This document shows, piece by piece, positions 32,920 to 43,174 of a stretch of 64,000 nt of DNA. The notes beneath the pieces are model-generated. The model was not told where the DNA came from. It saw only the letters and a list, made by a program, of their open reading frames with translations, and ran no database searches. The translations under genes and the position numbers were made by a program. The stretch lies in the NCBI GenBank assembly GCA_963814585.1, contig CAWFDF010000012.1, positions 416,001 to 480,000 of the forward strand, in the 5' to 3' direction. Each line of letters starts with the position of its first letter. Positions within the stretch are counted from its first letter, which is position 1. The stretch is from an uncultured delta proteobacterium (GTDB lineage: Bacteria; Myxococcota; Myxococcia; Myxococcales; Anaeromyxobacteraceae).

Positions 32920-34473
32920 CTACCTCTTGGCCCGCTTCCTGGCCTCGACCTGGTGGCTCTTGCCCACCACGTCGGTGACCCCGGCCACCTCGCCGCAGGC
33001 CTGGTAGGCCTTCCTGGCATCGGGCATCTTGCCGGCCTTCTCGAGCAGCTCGCCGGCCCGGTAGAGGAGCTTGGCCGCCGAGTTGGCGTCGCCCTTGGCG
33101 CAGCGCGGATCCGTGCCGAAGGCCACGTAGGCCCTGGCGGCGTCGACGGGCTTGCGGGTCTCGTCGAGCGTGGCGCCGAGGTTGTAGATGGCGTTGCAGC
33201 GGAGCGAGCTGTCCGGGTACTTCTCGACGAACTCCCGGTACAGCCTGATGGCCTCGTCCTTCTTCCCCTGCCGGGCGCGGAGGGCCGCCAGCACGGGCAT
33301 GGTGGCCTCGGCCTCCTTGCTGTCGGGGTACTTCGCCAGCAGCTGCTCGCGCAGCGCCGCGGCCTTGTCGAGCTGGTTGGCCTTCTCGTAGGCGATGGCG
33401 CCGTTGAAGAGCGCCAGCGGGACGTTCGGGTTGCTCCCGTGCCTGGCCACGAAGGCCTCGAACTCGGCGCCGGCCTGGACGAACTGGCCGGCGTCGAGCT
33501 GGCGCATGGCCTGGTTGAAGGCCCCCTCGACCTCCAGCATGTTGAGCTGCTCCAGCCCCTTGGCCAGGCTCTCCTTGGTCTTGGCGTCGGTTGCCTTGGC
33601 CGCGGCCTCGGCCACCTGGGCCTTGAGCTTGGGCAGCGCGGCGTCGAGCCCGGCCTGGTCGTCGAGCGCGCGGAAGGTCTGCAGGTAGAGCTTCGCGGTC
33701 CCGACGTCGGTGTCGGCCGGCCACGTCTCCAGGATGCGCGCGAAGCGGGCGCGGGCGTCCTCCATGTTGTCGAAGGCGTACTTGACCTGGGCCGCGCTGG
33801 TCGCCACCTGCGCCGGGGTGCTGGGGAGGAACCGGTCCTTGGGCGCCTTCTTGTTGTCCGGATCCATGTCGGAGAGCTTCACGTAGGTGTCGGCGTACTC
33901 GACCAGGCGCTTCCACTCGCCCGGGGGCGGGCGGGGGTTGAGGGGGGTGGCCTTGCGCTGATCCCAGAGGGCGAGCCGCACCGGCTCGAGCTTGCCGGCC
34001 TGGACCCTGGCCTGCGCCACCGCGTTGATGGCGGCGTGGGCCAGCTTGGCCGCCATGGCCCGGGAGACGTCGCTGGCGTCGGGGTTGAGCAGCAGCTTGT
34101 CCGCCTGCTCGGCCGCCTGGGCCTCCTGGCGGGCGTACAGGAAGTACTTCGCCGCGTTGAACCGGAACGAGACGCTCCACTCGTTCGAGGGGAACCGGTC
34201 GGCGAAGTCGGACATGGCCTGCGCCTCGGTGCCCCACTCGGCCCGGGCCTGGTCCATGTTGCCCGAGTTGGCGGCCATGGCTCCGGCCTGGTGGTGGGTG
34301 TTGATGTTCTGGACGAAGCCGCGCTCGACGTCGTTGGGGAAGTCACGCTCGGGGGGCGGGAACTTCTGGTCGGCCTGCTTGAAGCGGGTGGTTCCCCCCG
34401 ACCCGCCACCGGTGGTGGCGCAGCCGGCCAGCAGGGCCAGGAGGAGGGTGGTGGCGAGGCGGGTGCGCTTCAT
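32920..34473 (-). CDS. TPR lipoprotein (BamD/YbgF-like repeats)
   Basis: Lipobox LAGC; TPR units with KYPDS motifs; GAGGAA RBS. Confidence 0.8.
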   Translation of the reverse strand: MKRTRLATTLLLALLAGCATTGGGSGGTTRFKQADQKFPPPERDFPNDVERGFVQNINTHHQAGAMAANSGNMDQARAEWGTEAQAMSDFADRFPSNEWSVSFRFNAAKYFLYARQEAQAAEQADKLLLNPDASDVSRAMAAKLAHAAINAVAQARVQAGKLEPVRLALWDQRKATPLNPRPPPGEWKRLVEYADTYVKLSDMDPDNKKAPKDRFLPSTPAQVATSAAQVKYAFDNMEDARARFARILETWPADTDVGTAKLYLQTFRALDDQAGLDAALPKLKAQVAEAAAKATDAKTKESLAKGLEQLNMLEVEGAFNQAMRQLDAGQFVQAGAEFEAFVARHGSNPNVPLALFNGAIAYEKANQLDKAAALREQLLAKYPDSKEAEATMPVLAALRARQGKKDEAIRLYREFVEKYPDSSLRCNAIYNLGATLDETRKPVDAARAYVAFGTDPRCAKGDANSAAKLLYRAGELLEKAGKMPDARKAYQACGEVAGVTDVVGKSHQVEARKRAKR

Positions 34474-37400
34474 GGTCGTTTCCTCGGGTGCGGGCCGCGC
34501 TGGTTCACTTCTCGCCGGTGGCGCCGGGAACGGGTCCGGTGGCCGGTGGAGTGGGCGTGGCGGTGGTGGTGCTGGGCGAACTGGTGGTCGGAGCTTGGTC
34601 GGTCGGTGCTTGGTCGGTCAGAACGGTCGATGGGAGCTTGCGTGGCAGGCCCTGCGCTGGTGGGTGACTCGTCGACGGGCGTGGCCCCGGTGCGGGACGG
34701 ACCGTCGGGCGTGTCGGCGAGCGGCACCGGGGAGAGGTCCTCGGTGATCATGCGCGCCTTGGCCTCCTTCAGGATCGGATATTCGCGCGGACGGTAGCGG
34801 GCCAGCGACTCGCCGGTCCTCCTGGTCCACTCGTTCTTGACGTGGAGCTTCCGCGCCGCCTCGATGGCCTGGACGTAGACGGTGACCGCCTGGTCCTCGT
34901 AGGGCTGCGCGTACCGGGCCAGGCCGTCCTGGTAGGCGGCCAGGTACTCCTCGTTCCCCGGCCTCTTGAACTCGGCCGGGACCGGGGCCTCGGAGATGGT
35001 CTGGGCCAGGCGCTCCAGCAGGTTGGCCTTGCGATAGAACGCGGCCAGGACCCAGTCCGGGCGCCGGTAGGCGGAGACCTCGTCGTAGAGCCGGGCCACC
35101 CGCCCGGCCTCGGCGAACTTGGCCTCCAGCGCCTTCTGGAGCTTCCTGGGATCGGTGGTCGCGGGCACGGCGATGGCGTCGTAGCGCTCGAAGTCGAACT
35201 CGGCAAGCCGGAAGCGGGCCTCGGCGGCGGCCGCCGCCGCGCGCGGGGCGCTCTCGGGCTTCAGGCCGAGGCGGGCGAACTCCGACACGGTGGCGGCGTA
35301 GCCGGCCCTGGCGGCCTTCTCGTCCTTCAGCTGGCGCCAGGCCAGCGCGATCTGGAGCTGGGCCTGGACCAGCAGCTCGTGCTCCCTGGACCTGCCGAAG
35401 CGCCGGATGAAGTCCTGGAGCGCGGCGATCTCCCGGCGCCACTCGCCGGTCTTCTCGTAGATCAGCGCGGCGTGGAAGCGGGTGCGGGCGGCGTCCTCGG
35501 CGTCCGGGTAGGCCTGGGCGTAGCGGGCGAAGGACGCCGCCGCCGCGTCGTAGCGCTGCAGGTTCTCCTGCGCCCGGGCGGCGTTGTAGAGCGCGTCCTT
35601 GCGGTGCCTGGACCTGGGGTACGTCTCCACCAGCAGCAGGTAGCGCTCGATCGCCTTCTCGAAGTCGTAGGTGTTCTCGGCGTTGAAGCCGACGCGGAAG
35701 AGGGCCTCGTCGGCCAGCGCCGACCTCGGATACTCGTCGCTGAGCCGTTCGTACATCCGCAGCGCCGACTCGAAGCGGCGAGCCCCCTCGTAGCAGCTGG
35801 CGGCGTTGTAGAGCGCCTTGTCGGCGAACTCGTGCCTGGGGTCCTCCTGGACCAGCGCGATGAAGAGCGCCGCCGCCGGCTCGTACTGCCGCTCCTCCAT
35901 CAGCTGCATGGCGCCGTTGAAGCGGCCGCCCAGCTTGGACTTCTGCAGCGAGGCCCGGAGCGCGGGCTGGCCCGCCACCTGGCTCGCCTGCAGGCGGGCG
36001 GCGGCCGCCTCCACCCCCTTCCAGTCCTTCGTGGCGAGGAACGACTCGATGATCAGGTTGGCGGCGAACGGCGCCACCTCGGCGGAGGGCCAGCGGTCCA
36101 CCACCTCCTCGAAGCGGCAGCGCGCCTCGTCGAGGTCGTCGTACCGGTAGAAGACCTCGCCGGCCTTGAAGGCCAGGGTGGCGGCCTGGGGCGCGTCGCC
36201 GCGCCGGGCCAGGAAGACGTCGGAGTCTCGCACCAGGTCCTGGTACACCTCGGGGAGCGGCAGCGCCTTGATCTCCTCCCCATCCTGGCGATCGCTGGAG
36301 AGGCGGACCTTCCGGTCCGGGAGCTCCCCGGCCAGCTGCAGCCGCGTCACCTCGCCCTCCCAGGCGAGCACGGCCGAGAGCGCCGCCTCCGTCCAGTGCC
36401 GATCGCCGGCCGGGTCGTCGCGGACCGCCGCGTAGGCGCGGGCCGCCGGCCCGAACGCCCGGGCATGGTAGAGGCACTCGGCGTGGGCGTAGGAGAGCTG
36501 GTTGGCCTGCTTGGAGCGCGGGAAGCGCTCCAGGTAGCCGCCGTAGGCCTTGGCGGCGGCGCGGTACTGCTCCACCGCCTCCTCCGGCTTCCCGTCCGCC
36601 TTGCGCTGCTGGGCCTGGGCGTGGTGGAAGCTGGCGACGCGCAGCAGGCTCGTCTCGACGAGGTCGCGCACCGAGGCGACCAGCTCGGGCCGGCCCTTGT
36701 TCCGCTGCCACCAGGGCGTGCCCTCGGAGAAGGCGTCGACCAGGGCTTGCCGCTCCTCGATCTCCCGGTCGAGGCGGCGGTCCCGCGACCAGGCCACCAC
36801 GATCTTGCCCTGGATGCCCGGCGCGTCCGGCGAGAGGGGATCGAGCTCCAGCACCACCCGGTAGGCCTCGACCGCGGCGGCGTACCTGGTCTCCTCGAGG
36901 AGGACGTCGCCCAGCCGGGCGAAGACCTCGGCCTGGTACGGGGGCGAGTCCTTCGCCGCGAAGAAGGCCCTGGCCCTCTCCACCCCACCCCACTTCTCGT
37001 CGGCGAAGCTGATGGCGGTGTACTGGATGGCCTCGGGCCAGACGTCGCCGCCAGGCTTCTCGCCGCTGGCGCTGGCCACGTAGAAGTCCAGCAGGCGGGT
37101 GAACGCCTCCACCGCCTGCTGGTAGTCGTCCAGCCGGTAGTGGGTCCAGCCCAGCTTGTAGATGGCGCGGGCGTGGAGCGGGTGCTCGGGGTAGGCGTAC
37201 AGCTTCGAGAAGGCGCCGGCGGCCTGGAGCAGGGAGCTGGGCGCCACCTCGTCGAAGTGCCAGTCGCCGAGCCGGACCCAGGCCTCAGGCACGAAGGGGC
37301 TGCCGGGGAACCGCTCGATGAGGGCCAGGTAGGCGGCCTGGGCCTCGACGCCCTGCCCCATCTCGCCGAGGCAGTACGCCAGCAGGTACCAGATGCCGTG

Positions 37401-38009
37401 GGTGAACCCGTAGCCGGGGAAGCCGGTGAGCAGCCGCTGGTAGAGCGCGATGGACGGGGCGTAGCTCCTCAGCGGCTCGGGCGGCGGCTCCAGGCCCTCC
37501 GCGGCGGCCCGCCTCGCCTCCACGTGGTAGCGCTCCATGGCCAGCCGGAAGTCGTCGTCGGCCTTCTCGTAGTGGAGCTCGGCCAGCCGGAACATGGCGT
37601 CGGGCGTGTGCTCCGGGTCATCGGGGTACCGGGACAGGAACGCCTCGAAGCGGAGGATGGCCGCCTCGCGCTCCAGCCGGTCCAGCCCCTCCAGGTCGGT
37701 GATGGCCAGCTCGAACTGGTCGGCCAGGAACCGCCGCCGCTGCTGGTACTGCTGCTTCACCGAGGCCTGGATCTCGCCGCGAAAGGCGCGGGCCTCGGTC
37801 TCGAAGCGCCGCAGCGCCGCCTCGAACTCCTCCAGGTCCCTGGCCGCCGCCGAGGGCGCGGGGGCCGCCGGGGCCGCGACCGGAGCCGCCCGGCTCCGCT
37901 CCCGGCACGAGACGTAGCCGCTGGCCGGCGCCACGGCCGCCGCCACGGCGGGGAGCAGGGCGAGTCCGAGGAGCCCGGCGCCCTGGCGCAGGCGGCCGCC
38001 CACGGTCAC
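34470..38009 (-). CDS. GltD/AgmU-like large periplasmic TPR protein (true stop may be at 34505)
   Basis: GTGA overlap with the upstream gene; signal-like N-terminus; many TPRs (PDAMFRLAELHY, EAWVRLGDWHF, YKLGWTHY, ADKALYNAA); tail KLHVKNEWTRR..EYP. Confidence 0.8.
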   Translation of the reverse strand: MTVGGRLRQGAGLLGLALLPAVAAAVAPASGYVSCRERSRAAPVAAPAAPAPSAAARDLEEFEAALRRFETEARAFRGEIQASVKQQYQQRRRFLADQFELAITDLEGLDRLEREAAILRFEAFLSRYPDDPEHTPDAMFRLAELHYEKADDDFRLAMERYHVEARRAAAEGLEPPPEPLRSYAPSIALYQRLLTGFPGYGFTHGIWYLLAYCLGEMGQGVEAQAAYLALIERFPGSPFVPEAWVRLGDWHFDEVAPSSLLQAAGAFSKLYAYPEHPLHARAIYKLGWTHYRLDDYQQAVEAFTRLLDFYVASASGEKPGGDVWPEAIQYTAISFADEKWGGVERARAFFAAKDSPPYQAEVFARLGDVLLEETRYAAAVEAYRVVLELDPLSPDAPGIQGKIVVAWSRDRRLDREIEERQALVDAFSEGTPWWQRNKGRPELVASVRDLVETSLLRVASFHHAQAQQRKADGKPEEAVEQYRAAAKAYGGYLERFPRSKQANQLSYAHAECLYHARAFGPAARAYAAVRDDPAGDRHWTEAALSAVLAWEGEVTRLQLAGELPDRKVRLSSDRQDGEEIKALPLPEVYQDLVRDSDVFLARRGDAPQAATLAFKAGEVFYRYDDLDEARCRFEEVVDRWPSAEVAPFAANLIIESFLATKDWKGVEAAAARLQASQVAGQPALRASLQKSKLGGRFNGAMQLMEERQYEPAAALFIALVQEDPRHEFADKALYNAASCYEGARRFESALRMYERLSDEYPRSALADEALFRVGFNAENTYDFEKAIERYLLLVETYPRSRHRKDALYNAARAQENLQRYDAAAASFARYAQAYPDAEDAARTRFHAALIYEKTGEWRREIAALQDFIRRFGRSREHELLVQAQLQIALAWRQLKDEKAARAGYAATVSEFARLGLKPESAPRAAAAAAEARFRLAEFDFERYDAIAVPATTDPRKLQKALEAKFAEAGRVARLYDEVSAYRRPDWVLAAFYRKANLLERLAQTISEAPVPAEFKRPGNEEYLAAYQDGLARYAQPYEDQAVTVYVQAIEAARKLHVKNEWTRRTGESLARYRPREYPILKEAKARMITEDLSPVPLADTPDGPSRTGATPVDESPTSAGPATQAPIDRSDRPSTDRPSSDHQFAQHHHRHAHSTGHRTRSRRHRREVNQRGPHPRKRP

Positions 38010-40309
38010 TCCACCTCCCGCAGCACCGGGCCGAAGTCGCGGTCCAGGGCCTCGAGCTCGGCGGCCTTGTGCCTCGAGATCTGCTGGATGCGATCGACCC
38101 GCTCCCGCTTGCGCGACCAGGCCACGTCCAGCATGCCGACGTCGGCCTTCAGAACCATCCCGTGGAGCTGGGCCCGGACCGCGCGGAAGGCCCCGCGGGC
38201 GACGCGGCCGACGACGTCCCGGGACTCGGCGGCGAGCTGGGCCAGCTCCACCTGCTGGCGGAGCAGCTCGCTCCGCACGGAGGCGATCCGGCCGCCCACC
38301 GCCGCCGCGTTGCCGCTGGCCATCGAGGTGAACCGCTCCTTGAGCCGCTCGGCGGCCGCGTCGATCCGGTCGAGCCGGTCGCCGAGCGCCGCGCCGCGCC
38401 AGAGCTCCTCGGCGGCGCCTGGCGCCAGGGCCGTCCCGACCGAGCCCACCAGCGCCCGCTCCTGCTCCGCCAGGGCCAGGTACTCGCGCCGCAGGCCGGC
38501 GTCGCCGGCGACCTGGGCCGTCCCGCCCACCTCGTCCCGGACCACCGCGACCTCCTGCCGGAGGGTGCGGAGGGTCTCGCCGTAGCCGGCCACGACGCCG
38601 CGGTGCTCGCGCAGCTCGGCGCCAAGCTCTCCGAGCCTCGCCAGGTCGGCGCCGGGCTCGGTGCGGTGCCTGGCGATCCATGACTCGGTGCCGGTCACGG
38701 CGGCCTCGGCGGCGGCGACCTGGACGCCGAGCTGGAAGGCGTCCCTCTCCGCCTGGTCCGCCCGGGCCCGCATCCGGGCGGCGCGGGCCTCGACCTCCAC
38801 GCCGGTCCGCGGCAGCTGGTCGAGGCGAGGCTGGAGCCGCCGGCGGGCCTGCCGCAGCCTCTCCAGCTCGGCCTGGCCGGACGGCGGCAGCAGCGGCGCC
38901 GCCAGCGCCGCGGCCTGGTCGGCGATCTGGCCGCGCAGCCGCGCCGTGCCGTTCTCCACCGCGTCGGCGTTGATCCAGCCCTGGCGGGCCAGCGGCACGG
39001 CGTCGAGCCCGGCGCCCCCGGCCAGCAGCGCCTCGACCCGGCCGAGGGCCTGGAGAGACTCGTCCTGGTCCCGCCTGGCGCCGTCGAGCGCGGCCAGCAG
39101 CTCGAGCGCCTCGCCCACGTCCTGTCGCCCCGAGGCCCACTGCACCGCCATGGGCGGGAGGCGCGAGGCCGTCTCGAAGGCGCTCCGGCGGCGGCCGATC
39201 AGGTCGTCGAAGTACCGGACCGGGTCCTGGTGGAGATCGACCACGGCGTCGATCTGGTCGCGAACCGGGGCGTAGGTGCCGATGACCTCGTCGAACGAGT
39301 CGCCGGCCTCGGCGTAGTGGCCGAGTCGCAGGTGGAGGTGACCGGTGAGGATGATGGCCTCGGGCGCCAGCCGGGAGCCGGGCGCCAGGTCCATGATCAT
39401 GGCGGCGGTGCGCAGCGCCTGCTCGTGGCGGCCGGCCCGGACGTAGCCCCAGGCCACCTCGAAGAGCGTCTCGTCGAAGCGCGGCGAGCCGTAGGGGACG
39501 ACCAGGTAGCGGTCGAGCGACTCGGCGAACCTCCCCTGCTCGGCGTAGACGCGCCCCGCCGCCATGGCGCACAGCTCCCGGATCTCCACCTGCCCCGGCT
39601 CCACGCCCTGCAAGGCGAGGCAGGCCTCGAAGCGCCCGGCGGCGGCCGCCAGGTCGCCGGCCTCCACCAGGAGTGCGCCCTGGAAGTAGGCGGCGGCCAG
39701 GTGGTGCGGGGGGCGGACCGCGCCGAAGTCGACCAGGCCCTGGGCCAGCCGCTGGTCCGGCTCCAGGTCGGTCCGGAACGCGGTGACCTTGCCGACCAGG
39801 TAGGCCAGCTCGGGGGGCTGCCCGTCGCCGAGCTGGGCCCGCGCCGAGTCCAGCAGCGGCTGGAGGCCCTCGAGCCGCTTCAGCCTGAGGCGGCAGTCGA
39901 GCGCGCCGATCAGCGCGGCCGCCCGTAGCGCCGGGTCCCCGTGCCCCAGCAGCGCCTGGTAGGCCCCGAGCGCGGCCCCGCAGGAGCCCTGGTGGCGGAG
40001 CGCCTCGCCCAGGTGGAGCAGCGCCCGCGGGGCGTCGACGCTGGCCCGGAACTCGGCCTCCTCGAGCGCCCCGTGGAACAGCACCGTGGCGTTCGGCCAG
40101 TCGCCCAGCTGGAACCGGGTCTCGCCGTCGGCGAACCAGCGTCGCGCCTGCGCCGGCGTGGTCTCGTCGGGGCGGGCGTAGGTCCGCTCGACCTCCGCCA
40201 GTCGCGCCTCCAGGGCGGCGCTCGACTCCCCGGCGTCCTCGAGCCAGGAGGCCGCCGTGGGCCGCGGCACGAGGAGCGTCGCGGCCAGCGCCAGCGCGGC
40301 CGCGATCAC
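38006..40309 (-). CDS. GltC-like TPR/coiled-coil secreted protein
   Basis: Hydrophobic N-terminus; TPRs (SPRFDETLFEVAW, PEAIILTG); coiled coil; C-terminal LKADVGMLDVAW. Confidence 0.72.
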   Translation of the reverse strand: MIAAALALAATLLVPRPTAASWLEDAGESSAALEARLAEVERTYARPDETTPAQARRWFADGETRFQLGDWPNATVLFHGALEEAEFRASVDAPRALLHLGEALRHQGSCGAALGAYQALLGHGDPALRAAALIGALDCRLRLKRLEGLQPLLDSARAQLGDGQPPELAYLVGKVTAFRTDLEPDQRLAQGLVDFGAVRPPHHLAAAYFQGALLVEAGDLAAAAGRFEACLALQGVEPGQVEIRELCAMAAGRVYAEQGRFAESLDRYLVVPYGSPRFDETLFEVAWGYVRAGRHEQALRTAAMIMDLAPGSRLAPEAIILTGHLHLRLGHYAEAGDSFDEVIGTYAPVRDQIDAVVDLHQDPVRYFDDLIGRRRSAFETASRLPPMAVQWASGRQDVGEALELLAALDGARRDQDESLQALGRVEALLAGGAGLDAVPLARQGWINADAVENGTARLRGQIADQAAALAAPLLPPSGQAELERLRQARRRLQPRLDQLPRTGVEVEARAARMRARADQAERDAFQLGVQVAAAEAAVTGTESWIARHRTEPGADLARLGELGAELREHRGVVAGYGETLRTLRQEVAVVRDEVGGTAQVAGDAGLRREYLALAEQERALVGSVGTALAPGAAEELWRGAALGDRLDRIDAAAERLKERFTSMASGNAAAVGGRIASVRSELLRQQVELAQLAAESRDVVGRVARGAFRAVRAQLHGMVLKADVGMLDVAWSRKRERVDRIQQISRHKAAELEALDRDFGPVLREVE

Positions 40310-40326
40310 GCCTGGTCGACCCAGGA

Positions 40327-41062
40327 TCACTTCCTGGCGCCTTCCCCTGCCGGGCTCTTCTTGCGGGAGGCGGGCTCCTCCTTCTGGATCTCCTGCTCGT
40401 ACCTGATGCTCGGGCGGTCCTTGAGCTCGGAGGTGAGGCCGCCCTTCTCGTAGCCGATCACCTTGACGGTGATCACCTTGCCGGGCTCGGCGTTGAGCAT
40501 GTAGGCCGACTGGACCTTGAACTTGTAGTCCTTGAGGTAGCTGAAGAGGCCGAAGCCGTGGCCGCGGTAGACCATCTGCACCGCGACCTGGTGGTTGCCC
40601 GGGACGATCCGGCCGTTGAAGACCTCGAACTCCTCGCGCTTGTCGAGGTCGCCGTCGAGGTCGGCCTTGGTGTAGACGGGCGCGCCGTCGAGCGCGTAGG
40701 TCACCGACTCCAGGTAGAACGACGAGCCCATCTCGTTGCGGTGGACGATCACCGCCTTGGCGCCGGAGGTGATGTCCCCGCCGATCACCATCTCCTGCAG
40801 GTTCATCAGCCGCGCCTTGGTCCGGAAGATCTTCTCCTTCAGGTCCGTGACCCGCTCCTCCAGCGTGCGGACCTTGAGGTCGTTCTGCTCCTCGGCGGTC
40901 CCGGCCTGGGCGGCGTTCGGGCCCGCGGTCGGGCCGCTCCCCGGGGTGGCGCCGACCGGGCCGGTGCCGGGCGCCTGGCCGAGCACCGGAGCCGGGAGGA
41001 GCAGACGCGACCAGCAGGAGCAGGGGCAACGGGATGGCGCGGTAGGGACGCGGCACGTTCAC
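40327..41062 (-). CDS. Conserved-looking secreted protein heading the Glt-like cluster (coiled coil + beta domain); +1 frameshift near 41005 in the signal peptide
   Basis: LEERVTDLKEKIFRTKARL, HRNEMG, YRGHGFGLFSYL. Removing one base joins MNVPRPYRAIPLPLLLLVA to LLLPAPVLGQAP. Confidence 0.7.
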
Positions 41063-41090
41063 CCTCGCTTGGGGATCTGGGGGGACTCCC

Positions 41091-41678
<588 letters not shown>

Positions 41679-41680
41679 GT

Positions 41681-42160
41681 CTACTCGCTGAAGAGGTTGT
41701 CGATGTCGTCGTCGGTGATCTCGGCGAAGGGGCTCGCCGCGCCGGGCGCCGCCTGCTTCTTCGCCAGGCCATCGAAGATCTTGGCCAGCTCCTCGCCCGC
41801 CTTCTTCACCCGCAGGCGCACCAGCCCCAGCGAGCTCTTGGCGTCGAAGATGACGACCAGCACCACCCGGCCGCCCACGATGCTCATGTGGAGCGATTCC
41901 TTCTCCCCCTCGTGGAACTGGTTGGGGAACTCCTTCTCCCCGATCAGCTTGGCCAGGCCGCCCATGGCGGCCACGTTGCCGGCGGTCAGCGAGGCCAGCG
42001 AGGTGGTGTCCAGGTTCTGCGCCTGGCCGCTGGAGGCGATGAGCTGCCCGTTCTTGTCGACGAGGAAGACGACCTTGGCGTTGGCGTCACGCGTGAGCCG
42101 GTCGCAGATCCCGGCGATGAGCCGGAACTCCTCCTCGTACATCACCAGGCCGGAAGTCAT
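41681..42160 (-). CDS. mglB: Roadblock/LC7 GAP MglB
   Basis: [48 protein letters not shown]. Confidence 0.97.
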   Translation of the reverse strand: MTSGLVMYEEEFRLIAGICDRLTRDANAKVVFLVDKNGQLIASSGQAQNLDTTSLASLTAGNVAAMGGLAKLIGEKEFPNQFHEGEKESLHMSIVGGRVVLVVIFDAKSSLGLVRLRVKKAGEELAKIFDGLAKKQAAPGAASPFAEITDDDIDNLFSE

Positions 42161-42197
42161 GATCCGTCGCTCTCCACGTCGCTACGCCGTACCCCGC

Positions 42198-42226
42198 CGA
42201 ATACCAAGGAAACGCTCGGCATTCAA
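42198..42226 (-). promoter_or_regulatory. Putative sigma70 promoter of mglBA
   Basis: TTGAAT-N17-TATTCG with extended TG, in the recR-mglB gap. Confidence 0.4.
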
Positions 42227-42249
42227 TCTCCGTCTCCCTCGGGGCCGAA

Positions 42250-42846
42250 TCAAAGCTCCCGCCGCCCCGCCACCGCCCGGGCCAGCGTGGCCTGGTCGGC
42301 GTACTCGAGATCCCCGCCCATGGGGACGCCCTGGGCGATGCGCGTCACCCGGAGCCCGAGCGGCTTGAGCAGCTTCTGCAGGTAGAGCGCGGTGGCCTCC
42401 CCCTCGACGTTGGGGTTGGTGGCCACCAGCACCTCCTCGGCCGGATCGCGCTCCAGCCGGACCAGCAGCTCCCTGATCTTCAGGTCGCCCGGCCCGACGC
42501 CGTCGAGCGGCGAGAGCGCGCCGTGCAGGACGTGGTAGCGGCCGCGGAACTCACGGGTCCGCTCCACCGCCAGCAGGTCGGGGACGCCCTCCACCACGCA
42601 GATGATCCGGGCGTCGCGGGTCGGGTCGAGGCAGATGGGGCAGGGATCACGCTCGGTGAGCGTCTGGCAGGTGGAGCAGCAGCGCACGTCGCGCACCACC
42701 CCCACCACGGCCTCGGCCAGCTCACGGGCCTGCTCCGGGCCGGCCTCGAGGACGTGGAAGGCGAGCCGCTGCGCCGTCTTCTCCCCGATGCCGGGCAGGC
42801 GAGCCAGCTCGCGGACCAGCCGCGCGATGGGATCGGCCACCGACAT
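42250..42846 (-). CDS. recR: Recombination mediator RecR
   Basis: LPGIGEKTAQRLAF; C4 zinc finger CSTC..CPIC; YHVLHG; ATNPNVEGEATA; GGDLEYAD. Confidence 0.96.
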   Translation of the reverse strand: MSVADPIARLVRELARLPGIGEKTAQRLAFHVLEAGPEQARELAEAVVGVVRDVRCCSTCQTLTERDPCPICLDPTRDARIICVVEGVPDLLAVERTREFRGRYHVLHGALSPLDGVGPGDLKIRELLVRLERDPAEEVLVATNPNVEGEATALYLQKLLKPLGLRVTRIAQGVPMGGDLEYADQATLARAVAGRREL

Positions 42847-42851
42847 CGGCC

Positions 42852-43164
42852 TCAGCCCATCATCCCGGGGATCTTGACGCCGCCGGTGGCCTTGCCGAGG
42901 TGCTCGTCGGCGGCGGCGCGGGCCTTCTCGACGGTGGCGTTGAGCGCGGCGGTGACCAGGTCCTCGAGCAGCGACGGGTCGGACGGGTCGATGGCCTTGG
43001 GGTCGATGGTGAGCCTCACCACCGCGCAGCGCCCGTTCATGGTCACCTTCACCAGGCCGCCGCCGCTCTCCCCGTCGACGGTGAGGTCGACGAGCTGCTC
43101 GCGCGCCATCTGCCATCGCCTTCTCCAGCTTCTTGGCCTGCTTCATCAGGAACTGGATGTCCAT
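42852..43164 (-). CDS. ybaB: YbaB/EbfC nucleoid-associated protein; +1 frameshift near 43107
   Basis: [15 protein letters not shown] then [24 protein letters not shown]; canonical position between dnaX and recR. Confidence 0.92.
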
Positions 43165-43174
43165 GGGCGGGGTC

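Noticed and set aside
34842..38585. 1,247-aa + strand ORF and similar long antisense ORFs (19878..22682, 27928..31317, 43133..46660, 46540..49578)
   Set aside because: They mirror well-supported genes on the opposite strand and have no recognisable motifs.
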